64,000 bases of DNA from a virus. The notes beneath the pieces are model-generated. The model had not been told where the DNA came from and made no database searches. It was given only the letters and a program-made list of their open reading frames with translations. The position numbers and the translations under genes are program-made. The stretch spans positions 80,860 to 144,859 of IMG/VR virus record IMGVR_UViG_3300048014_000057. The stretch is one strand, 5' to 3'. Of the stretch, positions 8,209-18,283 are shown piece after piece. Position 1 is the stretch's first letter. The number at the start of each line of letters is the position of its first letter.

Positions 8209-9259
8209 TATAGTAAGAAAACTAGCAAGTATTCGTCGTATTGCAGAAATTAAACCAATCGAAGGTGCTGATAAAATTGTTGCTTATAGAGTTGACGGAT
8301 GGTGGGTAGTTTCACAAAAAGATGCTTTTAATGTTGGAGACCTAGTTTTATATTTTGAGATTGATTCGTTTTTAAATGTAAGACCAGAATTCGAATTTCT
8401 TAGGAAAAATTCTTTTAAATCTACTAAAAATTTAGGAGATGGTTTTAGAATTAAAACTATTAAACTTAAAGGTCAAATTTCCCAAGGATTAATTCTTCCT
8501 ATAACTGATTTTCAAGAATTTTTACAAACAAATCAAGACGGACAAAAATTAATTGAATTTCTTAATGAAGGTGATAATGTTACTGAAATTCTTGGAATTC
8601 AAAAATATGAAAAGCCAATTCCATCTTGTCTTCAAGGAACAGTAAAAGGTAATTTTCCTTCATTTATTAGAAAAACTGATCAAGAACGATATCAAAATCT
8701 ATCAGAAAAAGAAAAAAATTGTTATAAAAATATTCCATTTGAAGTTACTGTTAAAATGGATGGTTCTTCTATGACTGTTTATTATAAAGATGGAGATTTT
8801 GGTGTATGTTCCAGAAATCTTGATCTTAAAGATGATACAGAAAATCTTTATTGGAAAATTGCTAAAGAATTAAAACTAAAAGAAAAATTAGAAAAACTGC
8901 AATATAATATTGCATTACAAATGGAACTTTGTGGACCAGGAATTCAAGGAAATCCACAAAAATTAGATACACATAAAGTTTTTATATTTGATATCTATGA
9001 TATTAATTGTCAAAGATACTTTTCTCCATATGAAAGATATATAATTTTAGAAAAATTAAATCTTTTATTTAATATTGTTCCTATATTAGGAATAAATTAT
9101 TTTGGAGAAAATATTTTCGATCATGAAAAAATTCATATGATAGCAGATAACACTAGATATAATAATATTCCTGCAGAAGGAGTTGTATTTAAATCAATGC
9201 GTGGCAGATATTCATTTAAAATGATAAGTAATGTATATTTGTTAAAAGAGAAAGATTAA
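8201..9259 (+). CDS. RNA ligase (Rnl2-like, DRB0094 family, with N-terminal OB-like domain)
   Basis: RKLASIRRI..I.PIEGADKI, SQGL, FP.FI.KTDQER, KMDGSS (motif I), ELCGPGIQGN, EGVVFK, FKMIS. Confidence 0.9.
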   Translation: MNDIVRKLASIRRIAEIKPIEGADKIVAYRVDGWWVVSQKDAFNVGDLVLYFEIDSFLNVRPEFEFLRKNSFKSTKNLGDGFRIKTIKLKGQISQGLILPITDFQEFLQTNQDGQKLIEFLNEGDNVTEILGIQKYEKPIPSCLQGTVKGNFPSFIRKTDQERYQNLSEKEKNCYKNIPFEVTVKMDGSSMTVYYKDGDFGVCSRNLDLKDDTENLYWKIAKELKLKEKLEKLQYNIALQMELCGPGIQGNPQKLDTHKVFIFDIYDINCQRYFSPYERYIILEKLNLLFNIVPILGINYFGENIFDHEKIHMIADNTRYNNIPAEGVVFKSMRGRYSFKMISNVYLLKEKD

Positions 9260-9261
9260 AA

Positions 9262-9516
9262 ATGATTACTATTTATACTAAAAAATATTGTGAATGGTGT
9301 GATAAAGCCAAAGAATTATTAAATTCTCTTTCTATTCCTTTTTCCGAATACAAAATTGGAGAAGACATTCCTCGTGAATGGATATTAAATACTTTTCCTA
9401 CCATGCATACAGTTCCTATTATTCTATATAAAAATCAATTAATAGGAGGATATCAGGATTTACTACATGAAATAAATACTAATATACATTTTGGAAAAAC
9501 ATTATTATTAGAATAA
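9262..9516 (+). CDS. Glutaredoxin
   Basis: CEWC, TVP, IGGY. Confidence 0.9.
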   Translation: MITIYTKKYCEWCDKAKELLNSLSIPFSEYKIGEDIPREWILNTFPTMHTVPIILYKNQLIGGYQDLLHEINTNIHFGKTLLLE

Positions 9517-9546
9517 AAATTTAATAAGAACGTAATTTTTATACTT

Positions 9547-9581
9547 AAAAGACCTAGGAGAAATCTTAGGTCTTTTTTTTT
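9547..9581 (+). terminator. Rho-independent terminator
   Basis: AAAAGACCTAGGA-GAAA-TCTTAGGTCTTTT followed by a T run. Confidence 0.85.
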
Positions 9582-9610
9582 ATTTTATATTATAATAAAT
9601 ATATTAAAAA

Positions 9611-9925
9611 ATGGAGTTTAAATTGGAAGTTCAAAATCAAAAATCAAATACAAATACTAAAGATACTTTAAAAAAAAGAATAACTCGTGTGATCATAAAT
9701 CCACAAATTAAAGAAAAAATAAATGATAATTGTATAAAAATAATAGAAAGTTATTTAAAAAAAGAAGATTTTAATCCTTTAGATTCTGATAAAAATTTAG
9801 ATTCTGATCCTGATAATGCTGTATCCGATCCATATAAAGTTTTGGGTAATCCAAAAGCGTCTTTAGAATTAAAAGATTTGGCATATAAAATAATAACAAT
9901 TCGTTCTTGTAATGATTTAGGATAA
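9611..9925 (+). CDS. Hypothetical protein (late-promoter motif upstream)
   Basis: ORF track; AATAAATA near 9594. Confidence 0.6.
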   Translation: MEFKLEVQNQKSNTNTKDTLKKRITRVIINPQIKEKINDNCIKIIESYLKKEDFNPLDSDKNLDSDPDNAVSDPYKVLGNPKASLELKDLAYKIITIRSCNDLG

Positions 9926-9975
9926 TTATACCAAAATAATAAATAGAATAAATAATTAAAAGGAAAAAAAAATAA

Positions 9976-10569
9976 ATGAGTCGTTGGGGAACATCAGATT
10001 ATTCAAATAATACTTCTAAACAATATGCATTAGATACTTTTAATAAAGGTAATAATGCAATTGCAAATGGGAGTGCTCTTTATCATAATACTACCCCATC
10101 AGCCTTTACTAATGGAATGGTTCAAGGTTTATATGGTGTTACTAATACAATGGTACAAGCCGCACAGGCAAATCATGCTACTCTTTTAAGTCAACCGGGA
10201 TGGACTTTAGTTAGACAAGGTACTGGTCCTGTTCTAACAATTACAGCTTCTCCTGGTGGTACTTCCTATAATAATACTGATGTTCTTACAATTTCAGGTA
10301 ATGGTTGTGTAAATTGTACTTCTAATCCTGTTACTAATTCTACTGGTGGTATTCTTTCATTTACAAATATTGTTCCTGGATTTGGATTTCCTAATACAGC
10401 CTATGTAACCAAAGCATTTGCAAATTCTACTGGTGGGGCTTCTTCTGGTTCTGGTGCTACCGTAGTTATTACTTTAGGTGGACGTGCAGGAAGAATTAAT
10501 AGAGAAGTTTTAGTTGCTACAGGATCAATGATAAATGGAAATGCTAGTTCACTTTTTCCAACTTCATAG
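9976..10569 (+). CDS. Putative virion structural protein (G/S/T/N-rich)
   Basis: MSRWG...GW....GTG...GGRAGRINREVLVA pattern seen in T4-like virion proteins; late motif upstream. Confidence 0.55.
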   Translation: MSRWGTSDYSNNTSKQYALDTFNKGNNAIANGSALYHNTTPSAFTNGMVQGLYGVTNTMVQAAQANHATLLSQPGWTLVRQGTGPVLTITASPGGTSYNNTDVLTISGNGCVNCTSNPVTNSTGGILSFTNIVPGFGFPNTAYVTKAFANSTGGASSGSGATVVITLGGRAGRINREVLVATGSMINGNASSLFPTS

Positions 10570-10594
10570 TTTTCTTTATAATTGAAAGAATCTA

Positions 10595-10888
10595 ATGTCT
10601 GGTAATAATTCAACAAGATTATCACAATTACAACCAAAATTATATGCAGATGCTTCTGATCAATTAGTAGCATATTCAAATATTTCGTCTAATGACGTTT
10701 TAATTTCAGTTTCTAATTTATATTATAATACTACTTTATATGTTAATAAAGTAGTATTACTTCAAAATAATACTCCTGCTAATTCATCTATAAATTCAAT
10801 TACTAACAATATTTGGTCTGATGGTAATTATATATATGTTGCCACTGGAAATAATTCGGTTAAACGTGTTGCTCTAACTTCTTTCTAA
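10595..10888 (+). CDS. Small putative structural protein
   Basis: N/S-rich; C-terminal WSDGNYIYVAT..N..KRVAL fibre-like motif. Confidence 0.5.
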   Translation: MSGNNSTRLSQLQPKLYADASDQLVAYSNISSNDVLISVSNLYYNTTLYVNKVVLLQNNTPANSSINSITNNIWSDGNYIYVATGNNSVKRVALTSF

Positions 10889-10906
10889 TTTATAAAGGAA
10901 AAATAA

Positions 10907-11302
10907 ATGTTACTTTCAGAAATTGAAAAATTAAATAAAATATCTCTTAAAATGTTACAAGATGAACCTCTTAACGAAGCCTATCATAAAGATGATCGAT
11001 CTGCTTTAGATGAAATTAAAAAATTAATGAATCATCATACTGAAATGCAGATGCGTCATAAAGCCATGATGAATGGTTCCAAAGATAAAGACATGAGTAA
11101 ACATGATCTTTGTTGTATGGCTCATTCTTTTGCCTGTAAACATTATGGAAATTTAGGAGCAAATGCTTATAATTATGGTGAATATGGTAATGGATTGCCA
11201 CAAGATTATCATATAAATAAAGAATTTTATGATAAATTAAATACAATGGTTTCTAAAAATGCTGATCAAAAATCAAAAGAATGTGGTGTAAATTGTGAAT
11301 AA
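10907..11302 (+). CDS. Hypothetical His/Met-rich protein, possibly head-internal
   Basis: RBS; N-terminal ...PLNE resembles a prohead-protease site. Confidence 0.55.
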   Translation: MLLSEIEKLNKISLKMLQDEPLNEAYHKDDRSALDEIKKLMNHHTEMQMRHKAMMNGSKDKDMSKHDLCCMAHSFACKHYGNLGANAYNYGEYGNGLPQDYHINKEFYDKLNTMVSKNADQKSKECGVNCE

Positions 11303-11305
11303 TGA

Positions 11306-11701
11306 ATGGAAAATTTAACAGAAGAAAATTTTTTAGTATTATGTGCCAAAAATTATAAAAATACTCAATGTTATTCTACTGAAGAATTTTTAGATGATAT
11401 AAAAAGATTTAAATACTTAAAAAAAATATTTACTAGATATTCAAAAACAAACATTATAGATGAAAGGCTTGTTTTAAATCATATAATCATCTTAAATAAT
11501 GTTTTTTATTCAAAATTTTTATGTCGTATATTTTTTCTAAAAATGCCTGATCAAATAAAATATATAAAACCATTTCTTTTATATTTAAATATTCTTCCTG
11601 AAGATGTTGAAAATGTCAATGGTATAAATTATAATACTATTGACATACCCATGGATGAAAAAATAATAAAAAAACTTAGGGAATTTAACAAAAAAATTTA
11701 A
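11306..11701 (+). CDS. Conserved T4-like hypothetical protein
   Basis: LTEENF...Y.N.QC...EF.DDIKRFKYLK...ERLVLNHIIILNNVF signature. Confidence 0.75.
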   Translation: MENLTEENFLVLCAKNYKNTQCYSTEEFLDDIKRFKYLKKIFTRYSKTNIIDERLVLNHIIILNNVFYSKFLCRIFFLKMPDQIKYIKPFLLYLNILPEDVENVNGINYNTIDIPMDEKIIKKLREFNKKI

Positions 11702-11729
11702 ATAAATAATATAAAAGAAAGATGAAAAA

Positions 11730-12035
11730 ATGTTTTCTATAAATGAAATTAGTAAAGAAATACTAGATAAATTTATTAAAGATGCTCTTGAAAAGCATAT
11801 GAAAACTTATATTGATGGACATACAAAAAAATCTTTATTAATTAAACATATAAAAGATCAAAAAAAAGTTAAAGAAAAAAAATTATTTGATGAATCTGTA
11901 ATAAAAGAAGAAGAACCTACAAATGTTATGGGTAATTCTTCTTCTAGTCAAGGTCCAATACAAACATTTGATCCTTTATTAGGAAATATAAAAAAAATAA
12001 TTAAAAGAAAAATTAAAAAGAAAGATGTTATATAA
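11730..12035 (+). CDS. Hypothetical protein, possibly head-associated
   Basis: INE and IKEEEPTN...FDPLL patterns; late motif upstream. Confidence 0.55.
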   Translation: MFSINEISKEILDKFIKDALEKHMKTYIDGHTKKSLLIKHIKDQKKVKEKKLFDESVIKEEEPTNVMGNSSSSQGPIQTFDPLLGNIKKIIKRKIKKKDVI

Positions 12036-12448
12036 TGGATATGACTTCTACTGTAAGTACATCTTTTTTAGGAATGAAATCATTTTTTACAATGATTGGT
12101 GGATTTCTTCTCATGATTGGTTCTACCTTAGAGCCTAATGTTGCAATATGGATAATTTCACTTGGTGGTTCTTTGTTATATATAGCTATTGGTCAAGATC
12201 AATCACTTAAAAATATCTTTTTTAATTTGATTATTGGATTGTTTTTTGGTATATTTGGTTCCCAATTGATGCATATTTGGGAACCTTTATTACCACAAAT
12301 TGCTGTATCATTTTTTCTTTCAATGTTCGGAGTATCCACAACACAATATATATTAAGAAATCTTAAAACAACTTCTTTTGTTGATATTATTTCTGCAATA
12401 ATTTCTAAAATCATTCCTTGGTCATCGGAAAAATCAGGAAAAAAATAA
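12035..12448 (+). CDS. Multi-pass membrane protein (holin candidate)
   Basis: About four hydrophobic segments and a basic C terminus. Confidence 0.55.
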   Translation: MDMTSTVSTSFLGMKSFFTMIGGFLLMIGSTLEPNVAIWIISLGGSLLYIAIGQDQSLKNIFFNLIIGLFFGIFGSQLMHIWEPLLPQIAVSFFLSMFGVSTTQYILRNLKTTSFVDIISAIISKIIPWSSEKSGKK

Positions 12449-12451
12449 AAA

Positions 12452-12814
12452 ATGACTTTTATACAATCCTTAAATCATTTTGCTTTATATATAATGCCAT
12501 TAGATATCTGGAATTTTATTGAATCTACTTTTAGTATATTATTAGTCATTGCTTGTATTATGCAAAGATCAAAATTAGATATATTTTCTTCATGTTCAAC
12601 AAGATTATCTAAAACTTCTGTTAAAATTGGACAATTTGCCTTATATATTCAAATGATGCTAGGGATTTTGACTGCCGTAGATGGTTATTATAATTCTATC
12701 GATAATAAAGTTCATATATTACTTGCATTATTTGTTCTTTCTTCTTCTCTTACAAAATTTTCCGTATATTTAAACTTATTTGAAAAAACTGTTAAAATGG
12801 ATACAATAGGATAA
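12452..12814 (+). CDS. Membrane protein (about 3 TM segments)
   Basis: Hydrophobic segments; follows the previous membrane gene. Confidence 0.55.
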   Translation: MTFIQSLNHFALYIMPLDIWNFIESTFSILLVIACIMQRSKLDIFSSCSTRLSKTSVKIGQFALYIQMMLGILTAVDGYYNSIDNKVHILLALFVLSSSLTKFSVYLNLFEKTVKMDTIG

Positions 12815-12820
12815 TTTTTC

Positions 12821-12849
12821 TTGTTTTTCTATCTAAAATAGTATAGAAT
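12821..12849 (+). promoter_or_regulatory. Sigma70-type promoter (TTGTTT-17-TAGAAT) upstream of primase
   Basis: Correct spacing, intergenic. Confidence 0.55.
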
Positions 12850-12877
12850 TACCCTCCGATCAAGAAAGGATTATTTT

Positions 12878-13870
12878 GTGAATCATTTACATCATAAATA
12901 TATTTCATTATTATCTTCTTCTCTCAGAAATTTTCAGAAAAAATCAGAATCGTTATATAATTTTTCATGTCTATTTTGTGGAGATTCTAAAAAAAATACA
13001 AAGCGAGCAAGAGGTTATATATATGAAAAAGATGGAAATGTTGCATATTTTTGTCAGAAATGTAAAATATCAAAATCATTATCTAACTTTATTAAAGAAA
13101 TAAACAATTCTTTATATGAAGAATATATAAAAGAATTATATTTTGAAAAATATTATGAAGAAGAAAAAATAATTACCAAAAAACCTATTTTTTATGATAC
13201 TAATATTTTTCAAAATTTGGTCTCAATAAAAAATATAAGTGAAAATGATCCATATAAAAAATATGTTATTAAAAGAAAAATACCAGAAAAATATTATAAT
13301 TTATTATTTAAATGTGAAAATTTTAAAAATTTTACTAATAATATAATACCAAATCTTTTTAATAAAGAATCTTTGAAAAAAGATGAATCTCGTTTATTAA
13401 TACTATTCTTCTCAGAAAATAAAAAATTAATAGGTTATACAGGACGTGCTCTTGGTAATTCTGATATAAGATATATTAATATTGTTATAGATGAATCTCA
13501 ACCAAAATTATATGGTTTGGAAAGATGGGAAAAAAATAAAAAAACTTATGTTGTAGAAGGTCCAATAGATTCTTTATTTTTAGATAATTGTCTTGCAACA
13601 TCGGGTAATGATATGGTATCATCTTTATCCGGTTTTGATAAAGAAAATTTTGTTATAATTTATGATAATGAACGACGTTCAGAATTTACCAGAAAAAAAA
13701 TAGAAAGAGCAATTCAGGCTGGTTATAAAGTTTGTATATGGCCTACCTATATACAAGAAAAAGACATAAATGATATGATAATTTCGGGTAAAACAAAAGA
13801 AGAAATAACAAATATTATTGAAGAAAATACTTTTCAAAATATTAAAGCTCTTGCTAGATTGATAGTCTAA
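12878..13870 (+). CDS. gp61: DNA primase (T4 gp61-like)
   Basis: Zn finger CLFCGDS...CQKC; YVVEGPIDSLF; YDNE; KDINDM (TOPRIM). Confidence 0.95.
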   Translation: MNHLHHKYISLLSSSLRNFQKKSESLYNFSCLFCGDSKKNTKRARGYIYEKDGNVAYFCQKCKISKSLSNFIKEINNSLYEEYIKELYFEKYYEEEKIITKKPIFYDTNIFQNLVSIKNISENDPYKKYVIKRKIPEKYYNLLFKCENFKNFTNNIIPNLFNKESLKKDESRLLILFFSENKKLIGYTGRALGNSDIRYINIVIDESQPKLYGLERWEKNKKTYVVEGPIDSLFLDNCLATSGNDMVSSLSGFDKENFVIIYDNERRSEFTRKKIERAIQAGYKVCIWPTYIQEKDINDMIISGKTKEEITNIIEENTFQNIKALARLIV

Positions 13871-13913
13871 AAGAGATAAATACAAATTCCATACTAACTT
13901 AATTGGAGAAATA

Positions 13914-14750
13914 ATGAAACCTGATGATTTTCAGGCTAAAGTAATTTTAGCTTCTTGTACCTATAATTCTTATGATCCTCCAATATTTACAATACAAGCT
14001 CGTTATCCTCGTATGATACATTCAGAAGTAATAACACATAGAGTATTTTCGCGTAATGCTAGATCATCTAGGGCTGTTCCTGTATCTAAATTACTTCAAG
14101 AGGAAATTTATGTTCCTCATTTTATGAAGAATCAAGCTGGAATGCAATCTTTTGAAGAATTTGATTTAGATGAATTAAAAGAAATTGAAAATAAATGGAT
14201 TAGATTTGCCGAGGAAACACAAAAATTTTCCAAATGGTTATCAGATAAAGGTGTCCATAAACAATGGGCTAATCGTCCTGTTGAATGGTTTGGGTATATT
14301 GATACTATTATAACTTCAACAGAATGGGATAATTTTTTTTCTCTTAGACTCCATAAAGATGCCATGCCAGAAATTAAAGAATTGGCTCTCTCTATGGATA
14401 AAGAAATTAGAAAAGTAATTGATGAATGTAAATTACAAAAATTAAAAAATGGGGAATGGCATATTCCCTATGTATCATTACAAGAAGATTTTGAATTAGA
14501 AACAATATTAAAATTATCTGTTGCTCGTTGTGCTAGAATTTCATATTCTCCTTTTGATGGGAATGCTAGTTTAGAAAAAGAATTTAAAAGATATGAATTA
14601 TTAAAACAACAAAAACATTGGAGCCCTTTTGAGCATCAAGCAAAGGTAGCAGATAAAAATGATATATGGACATATGATTTTGGATTAGAATCAAATTTAT
14701 CCTATCCATGGGTTCAATATCGTAAATTAGTAGAATTAGAGGAAAAATGA
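13914..14750 (+). CDS. thyX: Flavin-dependent thymidylate synthase
   Basis: THRVFSRNARSSRAVP, SVARCARISY, HWSPFEHQA. Confidence 0.9.
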   Translation: MKPDDFQAKVILASCTYNSYDPPIFTIQARYPRMIHSEVITHRVFSRNARSSRAVPVSKLLQEEIYVPHFMKNQAGMQSFEEFDLDELKEIENKWIRFAEETQKFSKWLSDKGVHKQWANRPVEWFGYIDTIITSTEWDNFFSLRLHKDAMPEIKELALSMDKEIRKVIDECKLQKLKNGEWHIPYVSLQEDFELETILKLSVARCARISYSPFDGNASLEKEFKRYELLKQQKHWSPFEHQAKVADKNDIWTYDFGLESNLSYPWVQYRKLVELEEK

Positions 14751-15109
14751 ATATTCCATTTTATTTTGATGTTTTGATGGATGATATAAAAATTTATAGA
14801 AATCAAAGAATAGGAACAATTAGTTATGGTTCTAACTTAGAATATAAAAAAACATGGGTAGAATATTTTAAATATTATTTTTATAATTATGAAAAAGAAT
14901 CTTTTAATAGATTTAACTGGTTTCCTAATTTTAACTATATTATAATTCATAAAGAATGTAATCCTAGTTTTAGTATTTTAGAAAAAGATATTTTTATTTC
15001 ACATGAATATATTTTTGGTAAAGATTTTGATGAAGAAGAATATAGAATTAAAAAATTAAATTATTCTGCATGGTATGAAATGCAGAATAGATTAAAATTT
15101 CAAATTTAA
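14747..15109 (+). CDS. Hypothetical protein
   Basis: ORF track; ATGA overlap with thyX. Confidence 0.6.
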   Translation: MNIPFYFDVLMDDIKIYRNQRIGTISYGSNLEYKKTWVEYFKYYFYNYEKESFNRFNWFPNFNYIIIHKECNPSFSILEKDIFISHEYIFGKDFDEEEYRIKKLNYSAWYEMQNRLKFQI

Positions 15110-15122
15110 GGGAGAAAAAAAA

Positions 15123-16868
15123 TTGTTTAAAAATAGTTTATATTCAGAATTTATTTATAAATCAAGATATGCGCGTTATTTAGAAAAAGAAGGTAGAAGA
15201 GAAGAATGGTACGAAACTGTTAAAAGATATTTTGATTTTATTCAAGAAGGTTTAAAAGAAAAACATAATTTTGATATTTCTTCTTATAGAAAAGAATTAG
15301 AAAAAGCTGTATTATGCCATGAAATAATGCCTTCTATGCGAGGATTGATGTCTGCTGGTCCTGCTGCCAAAAGTAATGAAATTGCTCTTTATAATTGTGT
15401 CTTCTTACCAATTGATAATGTAAAATCATTTGATGAAGAAATGGCTATTCTAATGAGTGGAACAGGTGTAGGATTTTCAGTTGAATCTCACAATATTAAA
15501 AATCTTCCAGAAATTCCAGAAGATTTTTTTGAATCTGAAACAATAATAATTTTTAATGATTCTCGTTTAGGATGGGCAAAAGGTTATAGAGAATTTATTT
15601 CATTACTTCTTATTGGTCAAATCCCTAAATGGGATGTTTCTAATTTAAGACCTGCTGGTGCAAGATTAAAAACTATGGGCGGAACAAGCTCAGGACCGGA
15701 ACCTCTAGTAGATTTATTAAATTTTACTATTAATATTTTCAAAAAGGCTGCTGGTCGTAAATTAAATTCATTAGAAATACATGATATTGCATGTAAAATT
15801 GGTGATATTGTTGTAAGTGGTGGAGTTAGGCGTTCTGCTTTAATTTCATTATCAGATTTAAATGATATTAAAATGAGAGATGCTAAATCTGGTAATTGGT
15901 GGCAAACAAATCCTTATAGAAGATTATCTAATAATTCTGCTGTTTATGAAGAAAAACCAGATATAAGCACATTTATGACAGAATGGTTAAGTTTATATAA
16001 TTCACATTCTGGTGAAAGAGGAATTATTTCAAGAGAAGCTATTAGAAATGTAATTGAAAATTCTAATTTTTATAGAACAAATCGTATTAATATTCCAGGA
16101 TACGAAATTAGAACAAGAGATAAAAATTATGATTGGGGAGTAAACCCGTGTTGTGAAATAATATTAAGACCATATGAATTTTGTAATTTGACTTCTGTTC
16201 AAATTTATGAAGATGATACGCCTGAAACTCTTAAAAGAAAGATTAGACTTGCTACTATTCTTGGTACATTTCAATCTTGTTTTACTAATTTTAGATATTT
16301 AAATAAAAAATATAAAAAAAATTGTGATGATGAAAGATTATTAGGAGTTTCATTAAATGGTATATTTGATAACAAATATACCAATAAAAAATATTTTCTT
16401 GAAGAATATGAAGAATTTAGTCAATCTAAATTTTATAATTTTCTTGAAAGTCTTAAATCAGAAGCAATTGAAACTAATATAAAATTAGCCAAAGATATTG
16501 GTATTAATTCATCTGTTGCCATTACTTGTGTGAAGCCTGAAGGTTGTGTATCATTAGATACAAAGATTAAAACTAAAAATGGAATATTAAATATGGCTGA
16601 AATATTTTCTGAATTAACATCAGAAAATATATTTGAAATTGGTAATGGTGTCTGGATAGAACCAGAAAATATTATAACTGTATATGATGAAAATAATAAC
16701 GAAAAAAATATTACTAAATTATTTGTAAATGGATTAAGTCCTGTTTATGAAATTGAATTCGAAGATGGTGTTATTGTAAAACTTACAAAAAATCATCAAT
16801 TAAAAACAAAAAATGGATATAAAAAAGCAAAAGATTTATCAGAAAATGATGAAATTATTGCTTGGTAA
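15123..16868 (+). CDS. nrdJ: Class II (B12-dependent) ribonucleotide reductase, N-terminal part fused to the N half of a split intein
   Basis: SRYAR, MPSMR, YNC, GTGVGFS, VVSGGVRRSALI, NPCCE active site, CVKPEG followed by intein block A. Confidence 0.93.
   Translation: MFKNSLYSEFIYKSRYARYLEKEGRREEWYETVKRYFDFIQEGLKEKHNFDISSYRKELEKAVLCHEIMPSMRGLMSAGPAAKSNEIALYNCVFLPIDNVKSFDEEMAILMSGTGVGFSVESHNIKNLPEIPEDFFESETIIIFNDSRLGWAKGYREFISLLLIGQIPKWDVSNLRPAGARLKTMGGTSSGPEPLVDLLNFTINIFKKAAGRKLNSLEIHDIACKIGDIVVSGGVRRSALISLSDLNDIKMRDAKSGNWWQTNPYRRLSNNSAVYEEKPDISTFMTEWLSLYNSHSGERGIISREAIRNVIENSNFYRTNRINIPGYEIRTRDKNYDWGVNPCCEIILRPYEFCNLTSVQIYEDDTPETLKRKIRLATILGTFQSCFTNFRYLNKKYKKNCDDERLLGVSLNGIFDNKYTNKKYFLEEYEEFSQSKFYNFLESLKSEAIETNIKLAKDIGINSSVAITCVKPEGCVSLDTKIKTKNGILNMAEIFSELTSENIFEIGNGVWIEPENIITVYDENNNEKNITKLFVNGLSPVYEIEFEDGVIVKLTKNHQLKTKNGYKKAKDLSENDEIIAW
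16545..16865 (+). mobile_element. Split intein N fragment (107 aa)
   Basis: Begins CVSLDTKIKT; block B LTKNHQL; ends at the stop after DLSENDEIIAW. Confidence 0.9.
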
Positions 16869-16892
16869 ATATTAAACACAGGAAAAAAAGAA

Positions 16893-16997
16893 ATGAAAAT
16901 AAAAAAAATTAAAATATTAGAACCAGAACTTACAGTAGATATAGAAGTAGAAGATACACACACTTATCAATTAGAAAATGGAGTTGTTAGTCATAAT
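16893..16997 (+). mobile_element. Split intein C fragment (35 aa, ends His-Asn, +1 Thr)
   Basis: Block F VDIEV...H, block G VVSHN/T. Confidence 0.9.
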
Positions 16998-17558
16998 ACA
17001 ACTGCTGCTTACAACGGTACTTCTTCGGGAATTCATCCTTCTTATTCTCCTTATTATATTAGATATGTAAGAAACGATAAAAAAGACCCTCTTACTAATT
17101 TTATGATTAATAATGGATTTCCTTGGGAAGTAGATGTATATGATCCTAATAATGTTGTATGTTTTAAATTTCCTATTAAATCTGCTTCTACTTCTGTTTC
17201 AAGAAAAGAATTAAGTGCGATTGAACATCTTGAAATTTGGTTAGAATATCAAAAATATTATTGTGAACATAAACCTTCTGTTACTATTTCTGTTAAAGAA
17301 GATGAATGGATGGAAGTTGGTGCATGGGTTTATAAAAATTTTGAATGGATGAGTGGAGTATCATTTTTACCAGCAGAAGAAGGTTCTACAGTTTATAAAC
17401 AAGCACCTTTTACAGAATGTAATGAAGATCAATATAATGAATTATTAAATAAAATGCCAGAAAATATTGATTGGAAAAAATTAGTAGAATTTGAATTAGA
17501 AAACTCGACTACAAATTCTAAAGAATTGGCGTGCGTTTCTGGTGGATGTGAAATATAA
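16893..17558 (+). CDS. nrdJ: Split intein C fragment fused to the C-terminal part of class II RNR
   Basis: MKIKKIK...VDIEVEDTHTYQLENGVVSHN then TTA...SSGIHP, EHKPSVTI, SGVSFLP, YKQAP, terminal CVSGGCEI; own RBS. Confidence 0.93.
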   Translation: MKIKKIKILEPELTVDIEVEDTHTYQLENGVVSHNTTAAYNGTSSGIHPSYSPYYIRYVRNDKKDPLTNFMINNGFPWEVDVYDPNNVVCFKFPIKSASTSVSRKELSAIEHLEIWLEYQKYYCEHKPSVTISVKEDEWMEVGAWVYKNFEWMSGVSFLPAEEGSTVYKQAPFTECNEDQYNELLNKMPENIDWKKLVEFELENSTTNSKELACVSGGCEI

Positions 17559-18263
17559 ATGCGATACATGGGTAGCAAAAATAGACATTCTAAAGAGCTA
17601 TTAAATATTATGCTTGCAGACAGAAAATATGATCAATGGTGGGTTGAACCATTTGTAGGAGGTTTTAATATTATTAATAAAGTAGAAGGAAAAAGATTAG
17701 CAAATGACATTAATCCATATTTAATAGCACTTTTTAGAGCTATTCAGACAGGATGGATTCCACCTGATAATATAAGTGAAAATGAATATAAAGATATTAA
17801 AGAAAATAAAGAAAAATATCCTTTAGAATTAGTAGGTTTTGTTGGATTTGGTTGTTCGTTTGGTGGGAAGTGGTGGGGTGGTTATGCCAGAGGAAATGAT
17901 GTAAATGGTCAACCTAGGAATTATTGTCTTGAGAGTAAGAAAAATATTTTAAAACAAGTCCCTAAGATTAATGGGGTTATCATCACTTACCAAGAATATT
18001 ATGATTTAAAAATTCCTGATAATTCAATAATTTATTGTGATCCTCCTTATTGGGGAACTACAGGATATAAAAATAAATTCGATCATGTGTTTTTTTGGGA
18101 TTGGGTTAGAAATTTATCGACTATAGGACATTCTGTTTTTGTTAGTGAATATAGTGCGCCTGATGATTTTAAATGTATTTGGGAAAAGAAAGTTAATAAT
18201 ACATTAGTAAAAGAAACGGGTTCAAAACAAGGTATTGAACGTCTTTTTTATAAAAAAATATAA
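17559..18263 (+). CDS. DNA adenine methyltransferase (Dam/D12 class)
   Basis: YMGSK, EPFVGG, ANDIN, YCDPPY, VSEY. Confidence 0.9.
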   Translation: MRYMGSKNRHSKELLNIMLADRKYDQWWVEPFVGGFNIINKVEGKRLANDINPYLIALFRAIQTGWIPPDNISENEYKDIKENKEKYPLELVGFVGFGCSFGGKWWGGYARGNDVNGQPRNYCLESKKNILKQVPKINGVIITYQEYYDLKIPDNSIIYCDPPYWGTTGYKNKFDHVFFWDWVRNLSTIGHSVFVSEYSAPDDFKCIWEKKVNNTLVKETGSKQGIERLFYKKI

Positions 18264-18283
18264 ATTAAGGAGTATTATTTCAC

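Noticed and set aside
13868-13879. Primase ends LIV*KR*, hinting at a lost Trp codon or readthrough
   Set aside because: Only two extra codons are involved; it cannot be distinguished from ordinary C-terminal variation.
16869-16892. Group I intron or frameshift joining the two RNR ORFs
   Set aside because: The spacer is only 24 nt with an RBS, and both ORF ends carry intein motifs.
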